The translations under genes and the position numbers were made by a program. Shown here in pieces: positions 10,177 through 18,559 of a stretch of DNA of 64,000 nucleotides (the stretch's first letter is position 1; each line of letters opens with the position of its first letter). The notes beneath the pieces are model-generated. The model saw nothing but the letters and a program-made list of their open reading frames with translations. It had not been told where the DNA came from and ran no database searches. The DNA is from Desulfobacterales bacterium RIFOXYA12_FULL_46_15. Its GTDB lineage: Bacteria; Desulfobacterota; Desulfobacteria; Desulfobacterales; Desulfobacteraceae. The DNA lies in the NCBI GenBank assembly GCA_001799395.1, contig MGTJ01000016.1, positions 6,353 to 70,352 of the forward strand, in the 5' to 3' direction.

Positions 10177-10923
10177 ATGTTTGAATGGATTTTCAGTGCT
10201 GAGGGGTGGCTGGCGCTGGGAACGTTAACAGCCCTGGAAATCGTCCTGGGTGTAGATAATATCATTTTTATTTCCATTCTTGTTGGCAGGCTGCCTGAAA
10301 AACAGAGGAATCCGGCCCGCCGCACCGGGCTTATGCTGGCCATGGGAACACGCCTTCTTCTGCTACTATCCATTGCCTGGGTAGTGGGTTTGAAAACCCC
10401 CTTATTTTCAATCCTGTCTCACTCCGTATCCGGCAAAGACATGATCCTCTTCGGAGGCGGCCTTTTTCTTCTGACCAAAGCCACCCATGAAATTCATTCT
10501 AGCCTCGAAGGCGTTGAAGAAAGACAAAAAACCCCGGCAGCGGCAAGATTAGGATCAGTTCTCTTTCAGATAGCAGTTTTAGACATTGTCTTTTCCCTGG
10601 ACTCCGTGATCACGGCCGTGGGTTTGGCACAACATATTTCCATCATGGCTGTAGCCATTGTTGTTTCCGTGATGATCATGCTTTTTGCTGCAAAAGCTGT
10701 CAGCACCTTTGTGGATACCCATCCCACCATAAAAATGCTGGCACTGTCATTCCTGATCCTGGTCGGGTTTACCCTGATTGCCGAAGGGTTCGGCGTCCAT
10801 GTGCCAAAGGGATATATTTATTTTGCCATGCTATTCTCAGTTTCCGTGGAAATGCTGAATCTGAAAATGAAAAAAAAACAGGCGGCCGGCATTGTATTAC
10901 ATAAGAAAATGGATCAGGATTGA
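10177..10923 (+). CDS. TerC family membrane protein
   Basis: LEIVLGVDNIIFI and DIVFSLDSVITAVG signatures; GGAGG SD before ATG 10177. Confidence 0.92.
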   Translation: MFEWIFSAEGWLALGTLTALEIVLGVDNIIFISILVGRLPEKQRNPARRTGLMLAMGTRLLLLLSIAWVVGLKTPLFSILSHSVSGKDMILFGGGLFLLTKATHEIHSSLEGVEERQKTPAAARLGSVLFQIAVLDIVFSLDSVITAVGLAQHISIMAVAIVVSVMIMLFAAKAVSTFVDTHPTIKMLALSFLILVGFTLIAEGFGVHVPKGYIYFAMLFSVSVEMLNLKMKKKQAAGIVLHKKMDQD

Positions 10924-10972
10924 CCGGATGTCTATTTTAACCTGAAGCATCTTTTAAAAGGAGGAACAACCC

Positions 10973-12064
10973 ATGGAGGACAATCCTATTACGGTTTTTC
11001 CCGGAAAACCGAAAATCCGTTTCCATTTTCCGGCATTTAAACTCAAATTATCCAGGGGGGTGAATATCCTGATCGCCCTGGTTTTTGTCCTGGCTCTCTC
11101 GTTTAACCTTTTTTTCGTTTATGTGGAACCGGATGAATACGGTATCAAGGTCAACCGTATCGGGATCGGCCGGGGCGTTCAAAAAGATATTTACCACGCA
11201 GGCCTGACCTTTGTCATGCCCTTCGGGCTTCAGCAGATCTATAAGCTGCCCAAAGGGATGCAGGTGCTGGAATTGACCAATTTCCCGTCCACCGCTTCGG
11301 AATCGGCACGAAAGGACCGGGCCGCCCATATCCAGACCTCGGACGGATTCTTCGTGGATATTGATGTTTCCATGCTGTATCACATCAAAGACCCTTATCT
11401 TGTGTTTACCACCATCGGCCCTGGGAGACTGTTTGAAGATAACGGACTGATTCCCAAAGCCGAACCGGTACTCAAGGAAACCCTGGGCAAACTCACCACC
11501 GAGGAATTCTATAACAGCTTTTTGAGGGTAAAAAAGGCAGAAGAAGCAAAAGAAAGCCTTAACAATGAATTGATGCTCAAAGGACTGGAAGTGGATCAGG
11601 TGCTGGTACGGTATTTCAAATACAGCCCGGAAATCCAGAAAAACATTGAAGAAAAAAAACTCCAGGATCAGATGGTATTCACCAACCAGTCTGCAGCAAG
11701 AGCGGCAAGGGAAGAGGCGGAACTTAAAAAAACCATCCAGGAGGGCATGGTAACGGCAGCCGTGGAGATTGAAAAAGGGAAAGCCTATGTCACACGGAAG
11801 ATTGCCGAAAAAGACCTCTATGTCAGAAAGATAAAAGCCGATGCCGACCTCCTGGTGAAACTGGCTGAAGCCGAACGGGTGCGTCTGAGAAACGATGCCC
11901 TGAAAGGAATCGGCTCTGAACGGATGGTGGCCCTGAAAATGGCTGAGGTTTACAAAAACCTGGATTTGATAGTCCTTCCCAGCGACGGGCAAAACGGGGT
12001 CAACCCCCTGGATCTGAAAAACGCAATGAAATTATTTGATGTTCCAGAGAGAGGTGCGGAATGA
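10973..12064 (+). CDS. SPFH/band-7 domain protein with N-terminal TM and long coiled coil
   Basis: One TM segment, then VEPDEYGIKV, IQTSDGFFVDIDVSMLYHI and GLEVDQVLVR, followed by an Ala/Glu-rich coiled coil. AGGAGG SD. Confidence 0.85.
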   Translation: MEDNPITVFPGKPKIRFHFPAFKLKLSRGVNILIALVFVLALSFNLFFVYVEPDEYGIKVNRIGIGRGVQKDIYHAGLTFVMPFGLQQIYKLPKGMQVLELTNFPSTASESARKDRAAHIQTSDGFFVDIDVSMLYHIKDPYLVFTTIGPGRLFEDNGLIPKAEPVLKETLGKLTTEEFYNSFLRVKKAEEAKESLNNELMLKGLEVDQVLVRYFKYSPEIQKNIEEKKLQDQMVFTNQSAARAAREEAELKKTIQEGMVTAAVEIEKGKAYVTRKIAEKDLYVRKIKADADLLVKLAEAERVRLRNDALKGIGSERMVALKMAEVYKNLDLIVLPSDGQNGVNPLDLKNAMKLFDVPERGAE

Positions 12065-13089
12065 AGCTCTTCAGTTATTTAATCATATTATGGATGGCTG
12101 TCATAACCTTGAGCGGGTGCGTTCCCCATACCACCGGCGGAACCGAAGTCGGGGTCAGGACCCGTAAATTCAGTTTTACAGGACAAAAAGGGGTGGAAGA
12201 CCGGATTTATGCACCCGGCTCCACTTATTTTTTTCTTCCCTATATCAATGACTGGCATGTATTTGATACACGGCTCCAGAATCTTGAAATGACATTTTCA
12301 CATCAAAAAGGCGACCGCAGAACACAGGATGACCTGATCTTTAAAACCATTGACGGGAATGATATCAGTCTGGATGTGATCATTGCCTACAGGATTGATC
12401 CTGCCAAAGCCCCTTATATTCTTCAGTATGTGGCAGGCAATGATACCCTTTTAAAGGATAAAATCGTCCGTACGGTTGCCAGAAGCAAACCCAGGGATAT
12501 TTTCGGGGAACTTAAAACCGAGGCGTTTTATGTGGCTGAAGCTAGGGAAGCCCAGTCAAAAAAAGCCAGAGAAGAACTTCAAAGGATTCTCGGCCCCATG
12601 GGGATTATTGTGGAAAAAGTCCTGACCAATGACTATCGCTTTAATGCAGATTATACAAAGGCCATTGAGGATAAAAAAGTTGCAGATCAGCAGGTGGAAA
12701 AGAACCGGTCGGCCCAGCACGCAGCACGTGAGGAATATAAGCGCAAACTGGAAGAAGCCAAAGGCGAAGTCAATAAAATGATCGCCGATGCTGACGGGCA
12801 ATATCTCAAGGCAAAAATTGAAGCTGATGTGTATATGGAACAGCAGCAGCTCCTGGCACAGGCCATCAAGGCAGAAGGAATTGCAGACGCCAAAGGAATC
12901 CAGGAAATGAATACCGCCCTTTCCGGTTCAGGCGGGAAAGCTATTGTCAAACTTAAAATTGCCGAAGCCCTGCAGGATAAGCACATCATGCTGTTGCCGA
13001 CTTCGGAAGGCGGGATGAATCTGAAAACCACCAATATAAATCAGCTCATCGAAACCCTGGGCATAAAATCTCTTTCAGGCAAAAAATGA
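12061..13089 (+). CDS. SPFH/band-7 domain protein with putative lipoprotein signal
   Basis: MKLFSYLIILWMAVITLSG-C; TEVGVR, KTIDGNDISLDVIIAYRID and GIIVEKV; coiled coil. ATGA overlap with the upstream gene. Confidence 0.85.
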   Translation: MKLFSYLIILWMAVITLSGCVPHTTGGTEVGVRTRKFSFTGQKGVEDRIYAPGSTYFFLPYINDWHVFDTRLQNLEMTFSHQKGDRRTQDDLIFKTIDGNDISLDVIIAYRIDPAKAPYILQYVAGNDTLLKDKIVRTVARSKPRDIFGELKTEAFYVAEAREAQSKKAREELQRILGPMGIIVEKVLTNDYRFNADYTKAIEDKKVADQQVEKNRSAQHAAREEYKRKLEEAKGEVNKMIADADGQYLKAKIEADVYMEQQQLLAQAIKAEGIADAKGIQEMNTALSGSGGKAIVKLKIAEALQDKHIMLLPTSEGGMNLKTTNINQLIETLGIKSLSGKK

Positions 13090-14525
13090 ACCCCATCACC
13101 CCGGACATATCCGAAATCATCTGCCGGACAAAAGAAGAATATGCAGATTCCTATGACACCATGACCTGGCTCACACCCCAAAAGGCTGCCGAGGCATCCG
13201 CTCTTCGGGACTCCCTTATAAAAGCCATTTTTGATCGCCCTGACAAAGGGCCGGACTGGGCTTTTGCAGGAACAAAACTTTTTACCCACAGCCTTTCTCC
13301 GGGATGCAGCCTCTGCGGGAGCGGCGGCTGGTCCTGTCTTTTCATCAACGGTATCTGCAATGGCAAATGTTTTTACTGCCCTTCCACCCAGACAGATAAA
13401 GCTCAGCCCGTGACCAATACCCTGGAATTTAAAAATCCAACTGATTATGCCGATTATGTCCGGCTGTTTAATATCAGGGGGGTCAGCTTCAGCGGGGGCG
13501 AACCCTTTATGACCTTTGACCGGGTTCTCTCATTTTTAAAAACGCTCAGGTCCAGGATTTCCCATCCGCTTTATATCTGGATGTATACCAACGGCCTACT
13601 GGTGACCGAAGACAAACTCAAGACCCTGAGAGACAACGGTCTGGATGAAATCCGGTTTGACCTCAGCGCCAACGCCTACCACCTGGACGCACTGAAAAAA
13701 GCCGTTGGTATCATCCCCTGTGTTACCGTAGAGATTCCTGCTATTCCGGAAGACCTGGATAAGACCCGGCCCTTGCTGAAAACACTGAATGACGAAGGGG
13801 TTAACCATCTGAATCTGCATCAACTGCGGTGCACCCCGTTTAATCGGTCCCGGCTAACCCAGAGGAATTATACCTTTCTCCACGGCCCGAAAGTGACTGT
13901 TCTTGAAACCGAATCGGCTGCACTGGAATTAATCCGCCATGCCCTGGACGAGCATATCCCCCTGCCCATCAATTATTGTTCGTTTACCTTTCGCTCGCAG
14001 TTTCAGAGAGCTGCAGCCATGAAAAGAAATTGCCTCATCATCAGGGCCGCCCATGAAGATATGACCTCCACCGGCCATATCCGGACCATGAGTGTCATTG
14101 GCGATGAAAAAAAAATTCGTTCCCTTCATGAGGTTTTAATTTCAAAAGAACCGGACACAACCCTATGGCGCACGACCAAATCCTTTGACCAGCTTTTTTT
14201 CAATGCTGCTCTCTGGTCCCATATGGATTTTACCCATGTCCGGCTCAAGGTCAGCTACAGCAGCACATCACTGGAACCCTCGGTCTCTTTCCGCAACCCG
14301 TTTAAGGAAGTAGTGCTCAACCGGAAAAAAAAAGTGGTGATTGAAAGGCATACAAAAGAGCCGGGGATCTTTCTTGAAGGCAGACATATTGATTGGTTCG
14401 GACATGAATACATCAACCCTGAAATTGCCCCTTCAGACAGTATGACCCAGGCCCTGCCCGAGGAATTACCGGACAACATAGATGTGTTTGAATCCTTTAA
14501 GCCGGGGTTGGCTCCATATTACTAA
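13086..14525 (+). CDS. Radical SAM protein (COG2108-like) with C-terminal extension
   Basis: CNGKCFYC (CxxxCxxC), SFSGGEP, WMYTNG and GLDEIRFD; extra CSLC upstream. ATGA overlap. Confidence 0.9.
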   Translation: MNPITPDISEIICRTKEEYADSYDTMTWLTPQKAAEASALRDSLIKAIFDRPDKGPDWAFAGTKLFTHSLSPGCSLCGSGGWSCLFINGICNGKCFYCPSTQTDKAQPVTNTLEFKNPTDYADYVRLFNIRGVSFSGGEPFMTFDRVLSFLKTLRSRISHPLYIWMYTNGLLVTEDKLKTLRDNGLDEIRFDLSANAYHLDALKKAVGIIPCVTVEIPAIPEDLDKTRPLLKTLNDEGVNHLNLHQLRCTPFNRSRLTQRNYTFLHGPKVTVLETESAALELIRHALDEHIPLPINYCSFTFRSQFQRAAAMKRNCLIIRAAHEDMTSTGHIRTMSVIGDEKKIRSLHEVLISKEPDTTLWRTTKSFDQLFFNAALWSHMDFTHVRLKVSYSSTSLEPSVSFRNPFKEVVLNRKKKVVIERHTKEPGIFLEGRHIDWFGHEYINPEIAPSDSMTQALPEELPDNIDVFESFKPGLAPYY

Positions 14526-14543
14526 GGTTGAATCAATAAGGCC

Positions 14544-15035
14544 ATGAACTCCGGGATAAGAATCTTCAAGCATTCTTTTTTAAGAACACTATCGCTTGTT
14601 CATAGTTTCATCTGGTTTTTTCTTCTTTTTTCAGAAGCCTGCCGGGCAGACAATATGGATGCGGAAGGATGCAAAGACCACCCGTTGATATCCCGCATGA
14701 TAAATTTTTATATTGAAGATTGCGGCAATGACGAGGATATACTGGAGGCTGTAATCGGAAAAGATAAAAAGGACGACCTAATAAGGATAATAAAAGGAAA
14801 GGTGACCTGGATCAATTATTATCCGAAAGAGGGGGGAAAGGGCATTAGTATGGCGAAAATCCATCATTATTATGAAACCGAATTGACCCTCAAAGGCTGT
14901 CAAATTGTATATCAGGAAAAAGACCTGATCACGGCCGTACTGACAAAAGAGGGGAAAGAAACCTGGTTTTCCCTTCTTTTCAGCCAGGATGGAATGTATG
15001 AGATTTCCATTGCCGAAACTATGATTAAACCATAA
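14544..15035 (+). CDS. Exported hypothetical protein resembling the N-terminal domain of some OmpA-family proteins
   Basis: Signal-like N-terminus followed by DAEGCKDHPLISRM; no OmpA C-terminal domain. Confidence 0.6.
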   Translation: MNSGIRIFKHSFLRTLSLVHSFIWFFLLFSEACRADNMDAEGCKDHPLISRMINFYIEDCGNDEDILEAVIGKDKKDDLIRIIKGKVTWINYYPKEGGKGISMAKIHHYYETELTLKGCQIVYQEKDLITAVLTKEGKETWFSLLFSQDGMYEISIAETMIKP

Positions 15036-15049
15036 AAAATCGGAGACTT

Positions 15050-16060
15050 ATGAAACCCATTGATTTAAGAAGCGATACCGTTACAAAACCTTGCGTTGAA
15101 ATGCGCCGCGCCATGATGAATGCAGCGGTCGGGGATGATGTGTATGGCGAAGATCCCACCGTAAACCGACTTGAGTCCCTTGCCGCAGAAATGCTGGGAA
15201 CAAAAGCAGCGCTTTTCTGCACCAGCGGGACCCAGAGCAATCTTTTAGCCCTCATGGCCCATTGCGAAAGAGGGGATGAATATATTGTGGGCCAGTATGC
15301 CCATACTTACAGGTATGAAGGCGGCGGTGCGGCCGTCCTGGGAAGTATCCAGCCCCAGCCCCTGGATTTTGAAAAAGACGGTACCTTAAGCCTTGAAAAA
15401 GTATCCGGGGCCATAAAGCCGGATGACCATCATTATGCCCGGACAAAACTCTTATGCCTTGAAAATACCCATATGGGAAAAGTCCTTCCACTTCCCTATC
15501 TTAAGGCGGCAAAAGAACTTGCCGGTGACAAAGCCTTGAAGATGCACCTGGACGGGGCAAGGGTATTTAATGCATCTGTAAAACTCGGGGTGGATGTCAA
15601 AGATATCACCCGATATTTTGACACCATTTCCTGCTGTCTTTCAAAGGGTCTTGGCGCCCCTGTGGGATCGGTTCTCTGCGGTTCAGCGGAAAATATCGAA
15701 AAAGCCCGGCGCTGGCGCAAACTCCTGGGCGGCGGCATGCGGCAGGCTGGCATTCTGGCTGCTGCCGGAATATATGCCCTGACCCACAATATTGAACGGC
15801 TCAAGGACGACCATGGGAATGCCATGGCCCTTGCCAAAGGGCTTGCCCAAATTGAAAGCATAACGGTTGACCTGCAAAGTGTCCGGACCAATATTTTTTT
15901 TGCAGACATCAAAGCAGACATGAGCCGGCTTTACAGCTTTTTAAAAGAAAGGGGGGTCATCATAGACACATCCGCTCATTTAAGGCTTGTGACCCATCTT
16001 GATATTTCAGATGAGGACATTGATTATACGATCGGGGCGTTTAAGCAATTCTTTCAATAA
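15050..16060 (+). CDS. ltaE: Low-specificity L-threonine aldolase
   Basis: DLRSDTVTKP, GDDVYGEDPTV, HLDGARVFNA, CLSKGLGAPVGS (PLP Lys) and GGGMRQAG. Confidence 0.95.
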   Translation: MKPIDLRSDTVTKPCVEMRRAMMNAAVGDDVYGEDPTVNRLESLAAEMLGTKAALFCTSGTQSNLLALMAHCERGDEYIVGQYAHTYRYEGGGAAVLGSIQPQPLDFEKDGTLSLEKVSGAIKPDDHHYARTKLLCLENTHMGKVLPLPYLKAAKELAGDKALKMHLDGARVFNASVKLGVDVKDITRYFDTISCCLSKGLGAPVGSVLCGSAENIEKARRWRKLLGGGMRQAGILAAAGIYALTHNIERLKDDHGNAMALAKGLAQIESITVDLQSVRTNIFFADIKADMSRLYSFLKERGVIIDTSAHLRLVTHLDISDEDIDYTIGAFKQFFQ

Positions 16061-16063
16061 GCT

Positions 16064-16873
16064 TTATTTTTCTACGGCTCTTTTTGCAAACCTCTGCGGG
16101 AAATCCGTAAATATGCCGTCCACCCCAAGGTCTGCAAACCGTGAAAAAGCTTTTGGATCGTTCACTGTAAACAGGTTGATCTTTTTCCCCCTGTCTTTGA
16201 CTGCCCTGATCTGATCCGGATGAATCAGGGCGGCATTTGCATTATAAGCTGGAAAAAAGAAATCCTTGAAATCAAGAGGCTCTGTATCATCGTCGCCGAC
16301 AAGGGCCTGGACTTCAAGCAGGGGCTCTTTGTCCATGATTTGTAGAAGCCAGGGATGGTGAAACGAAGATATGATCACCTGGGTCAGGGGGATCTTTACC
16401 CGGCGGATGATTTCAAGGGTTTGATCCGGAAGGGTTGGGTTGTTTTCAGTGCCTGGAAAAAATTTTAGTTCAAGATTGATTCTCCAGTTTTTCTCCAGTG
16501 TCAGCAACAGCCCTTCCTCCAGCAGGGGAATAGGTTCTCCGATAAAGGAGTCCCTTATTTCCCTGCCGATATTCCCTTTTAAAATCTCCTGGAAAGGATC
16601 GGTTTTGACAAAATAAGACCCTGCATCCAGGGTTTTGATCTCGTTCAGATCAAATTTTTCCACCCTGTAGGATGGTTTTAAGGGAAATCTCTTAACTGCA
16701 TCGGTGCATCGCAGCAACGTGTCGTCGTGGAAAAGGATAAGATACCCGTCCCGGGTCATCGTCACATCCGTCTCCCATAAGTCAGCACCCATCTCACAGG
16801 CAATTTTTGCCGCTTTCAGGGTATTTTCAGGCGCAATGCTCCTTGCGCCCCTGTGGGCAATTACTTGGACCAT
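16064..16873 (-). CDS. Glycerophosphodiester phosphodiesterase family protein
   Basis: IAHRGA, PENT, ETDV, LFHDDTL, NLELK, FTVND and GVDGIFTDFP. Confidence 0.92.
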   Translation of the reverse strand: MVQVIAHRGARSIAPENTLKAAKIACEMGADLWETDVTMTRDGYLILFHDDTLLRCTDAVKRFPLKPSYRVEKFDLNEIKTLDAGSYFVKTDPFQEILKGNIGREIRDSFIGEPIPLLEEGLLLTLEKNWRINLELKFFPGTENNPTLPDQTLEIIRRVKIPLTQVIISSFHHPWLLQIMDKEPLLEVQALVGDDDTEPLDFKDFFFPAYNANAALIHPDQIRAVKDRGKKINLFTVNDPKAFSRFADLGVDGIFTDFPQRFAKRAVEK

Positions 16874-16886
16874 GGTTTTTTTTCTT

Positions 16887-18170
16887 CTATCCTCTTTGAT
16901 TCATGGGAATATAATCCCTTTCAAGGCTCCCGGTATAAACCTGGCGGGGCCGTGTTATTTTCATTTCAGGATCAGCCAGATCCTCTTTCCACTGGGCAAT
17001 CCATCCGGGCAGGCGGCCGATGGCAAACATGACCGTAAACATATTGGTGGGAATTCCCAGGGCCCTTAACATGATGCCGGAATAAAAATCCACATTGGGG
17101 TAAAGATTCTTGTCAATAAAATATGAATCCTTTAATGCCGCTTCTTCAAGTTTTTGGGCAATATCCAGCAAGGGATCGTTTCGCTTGATTTTAGAAAGAA
17201 CGACATCAACCATTTTTTTCATGATTTTGGCTCTTGGATCATAGGTTTTATAAACCCTGTGCCCGAATCCCATCAGTTTGAAATCGCTTTTCTTATCCTT
17301 TGCCTTGGCAATGCAGTCTTCAATGGTCATACCGTTTTTGTGGATTTCTTCCAGCATATTCACGACGGCCTGATTTGCCCCGCCGTGCAAAGGTCCCCAA
17401 AGGGCAGAGATGCCGGCTGAAATGGTGGCGTAGATATTCACCTTTCCGCTTCCCACCACCCGGACGGCCGTAGTTGAACAATTCTGCTCATGATCGGCAT
17501 GGAGAATCCAGAAAACATTGAGGGCACGGACAAGATCCGGGTCAATCCTGTAAGGGACCACCACGCTGTCAAACATCATGTTTAAAAAATTAGAACAATA
17601 ACACAGATCCGGTCTGGGATAGACTACCCGTTCCCCCAATGAGATCCGATAGGCCATGGCCGACATGGTCCTGATTTTTGAGATCAGGCGGAGGTGCGTC
17701 TTGTTCATCTCCTCTTCATGGTCCATCAGTTCGGGATAAAAAGCTCTCATGGCATTGACCATGGCAGACAGGATACCCATGGGATGGGCCTTGGGAGGGT
17801 AGTTCTGGTAAAAGGCCTTCATATTTTCATGAAGTGGGGAAAAATCATTCAGATGGACGCTGGTCCGGGTTAATTCCTCCCGTATGGGAAGCTGGCCGGT
17901 AATGAGAAGAAATGCCGTTTCCACAAAGGTTGAATGCTCGGCCAGTTGCTCTATGGGGATACCACGGTATCTTAAAATACCTCTTTCCCCATCCATAAAG
18001 GTTATGGCACTCCTGCAGGTTCCGGTATTGCCGAACCCGGGATCAAAGGTAATATACCCGGTATTCTGGCGCAGGCTCCGGATATCAATTGCCTTGTTTC
18101 CTTCTGTCCCTTCAATTACCGGGAGAAAATATTCTTTGCCGTCAATGATCAATTTTGCAGCTTTCTGCAT
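16887..18170 (-). CDS. gltA: Citrate synthase (type II)
   Basis: HADHEQNCST, GPLHGGAN, GFGHRVYK-YDPRA and LYPNVDFYSG; start moved to ATG 18170 after GGAGG. Confidence 0.96.
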   Translation of the reverse strand: MQKAAKLIIDGKEYFLPVIEGTEGNKAIDIRSLRQNTGYITFDPGFGNTGTCRSAITFMDGERGILRYRGIPIEQLAEHSTFVETAFLLITGQLPIREELTRTSVHLNDFSPLHENMKAFYQNYPPKAHPMGILSAMVNAMRAFYPELMDHEEEMNKTHLRLISKIRTMSAMAYRISLGERVVYPRPDLCYCSNFLNMMFDSVVVPYRIDPDLVRALNVFWILHADHEQNCSTTAVRVVGSGKVNIYATISAGISALWGPLHGGANQAVVNMLEEIHKNGMTIEDCIAKAKDKKSDFKLMGFGHRVYKTYDPRAKIMKKMVDVVLSKIKRNDPLLDIAQKLEEAALKDSYFIDKNLYPNVDFYSGIMLRALGIPTNMFTVMFAIGRLPGWIAQWKEDLADPEMKITRPRQVYTGSLERDYIPMNQRG

Positions 18171-18245
18171 GAATGCCTCCTTTATTTTCAGGATCAACCC
18201 ACATAGGATCCGGAACAAAAATATAAGAGATCGGATAACCTTGGA

Positions 18246-18494
18246 TTATCTTGTTTCGCCCGGAACGGTATAGGTCTTACAGGACCCTCCGGAACAGGTC
18301 CTTTCCTGGGTTTGAACACCGGGTTTTTGCCCCTGGCCTGAACCGCCCATGGTAAAATTGGTTCTGGAAACAACCCGCTCAAATTCTTCTGATCCGCATT
18401 TGGGACAGCCTTTGATACCGTCATCTTTCGAACCTATGAGGATGACTTCAAAAAACTCTTCACATTTCAAGCATTTAAATTCGTATATCGGCAT
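18246..18494 (-). CDS. FmdB-family zinc-ribbon protein
   Basis: MPIYEFKCLKC...CPKCGS; AGGAG SD. Confidence 0.9.
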   Translation of the reverse strand: MPIYEFKCLKCEEFFEVILIGSKDDGIKGCPKCGSEEFERVVSRTNFTMGGSGQGQKPGVQTQERTCSGGSCKTYTVPGETR

Positions 18495-18531
18495 ATAAAA
18501 CTCCTTTTAGCCTTATTTTAATATGAGTGTT

Positions 18532-18559
18532 ATTCTAATAACAAGTGGCGTTTTGTCAA
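18532..18559 (-). promoter_or_regulatory. Putative sigma70 promoter for fmdB-gltA
   Basis: Minus strand TTGACA (18559-18554), 16 nt, TAGAAT (18537-18532). Confidence 0.55.

Noticed and set aside
11048-11992. 314-aa antisense ORF inside SPFH gene 1
   Set aside because: Phe-rich mirror of the Lys/Glu coiled-coil codons; no independent evidence.
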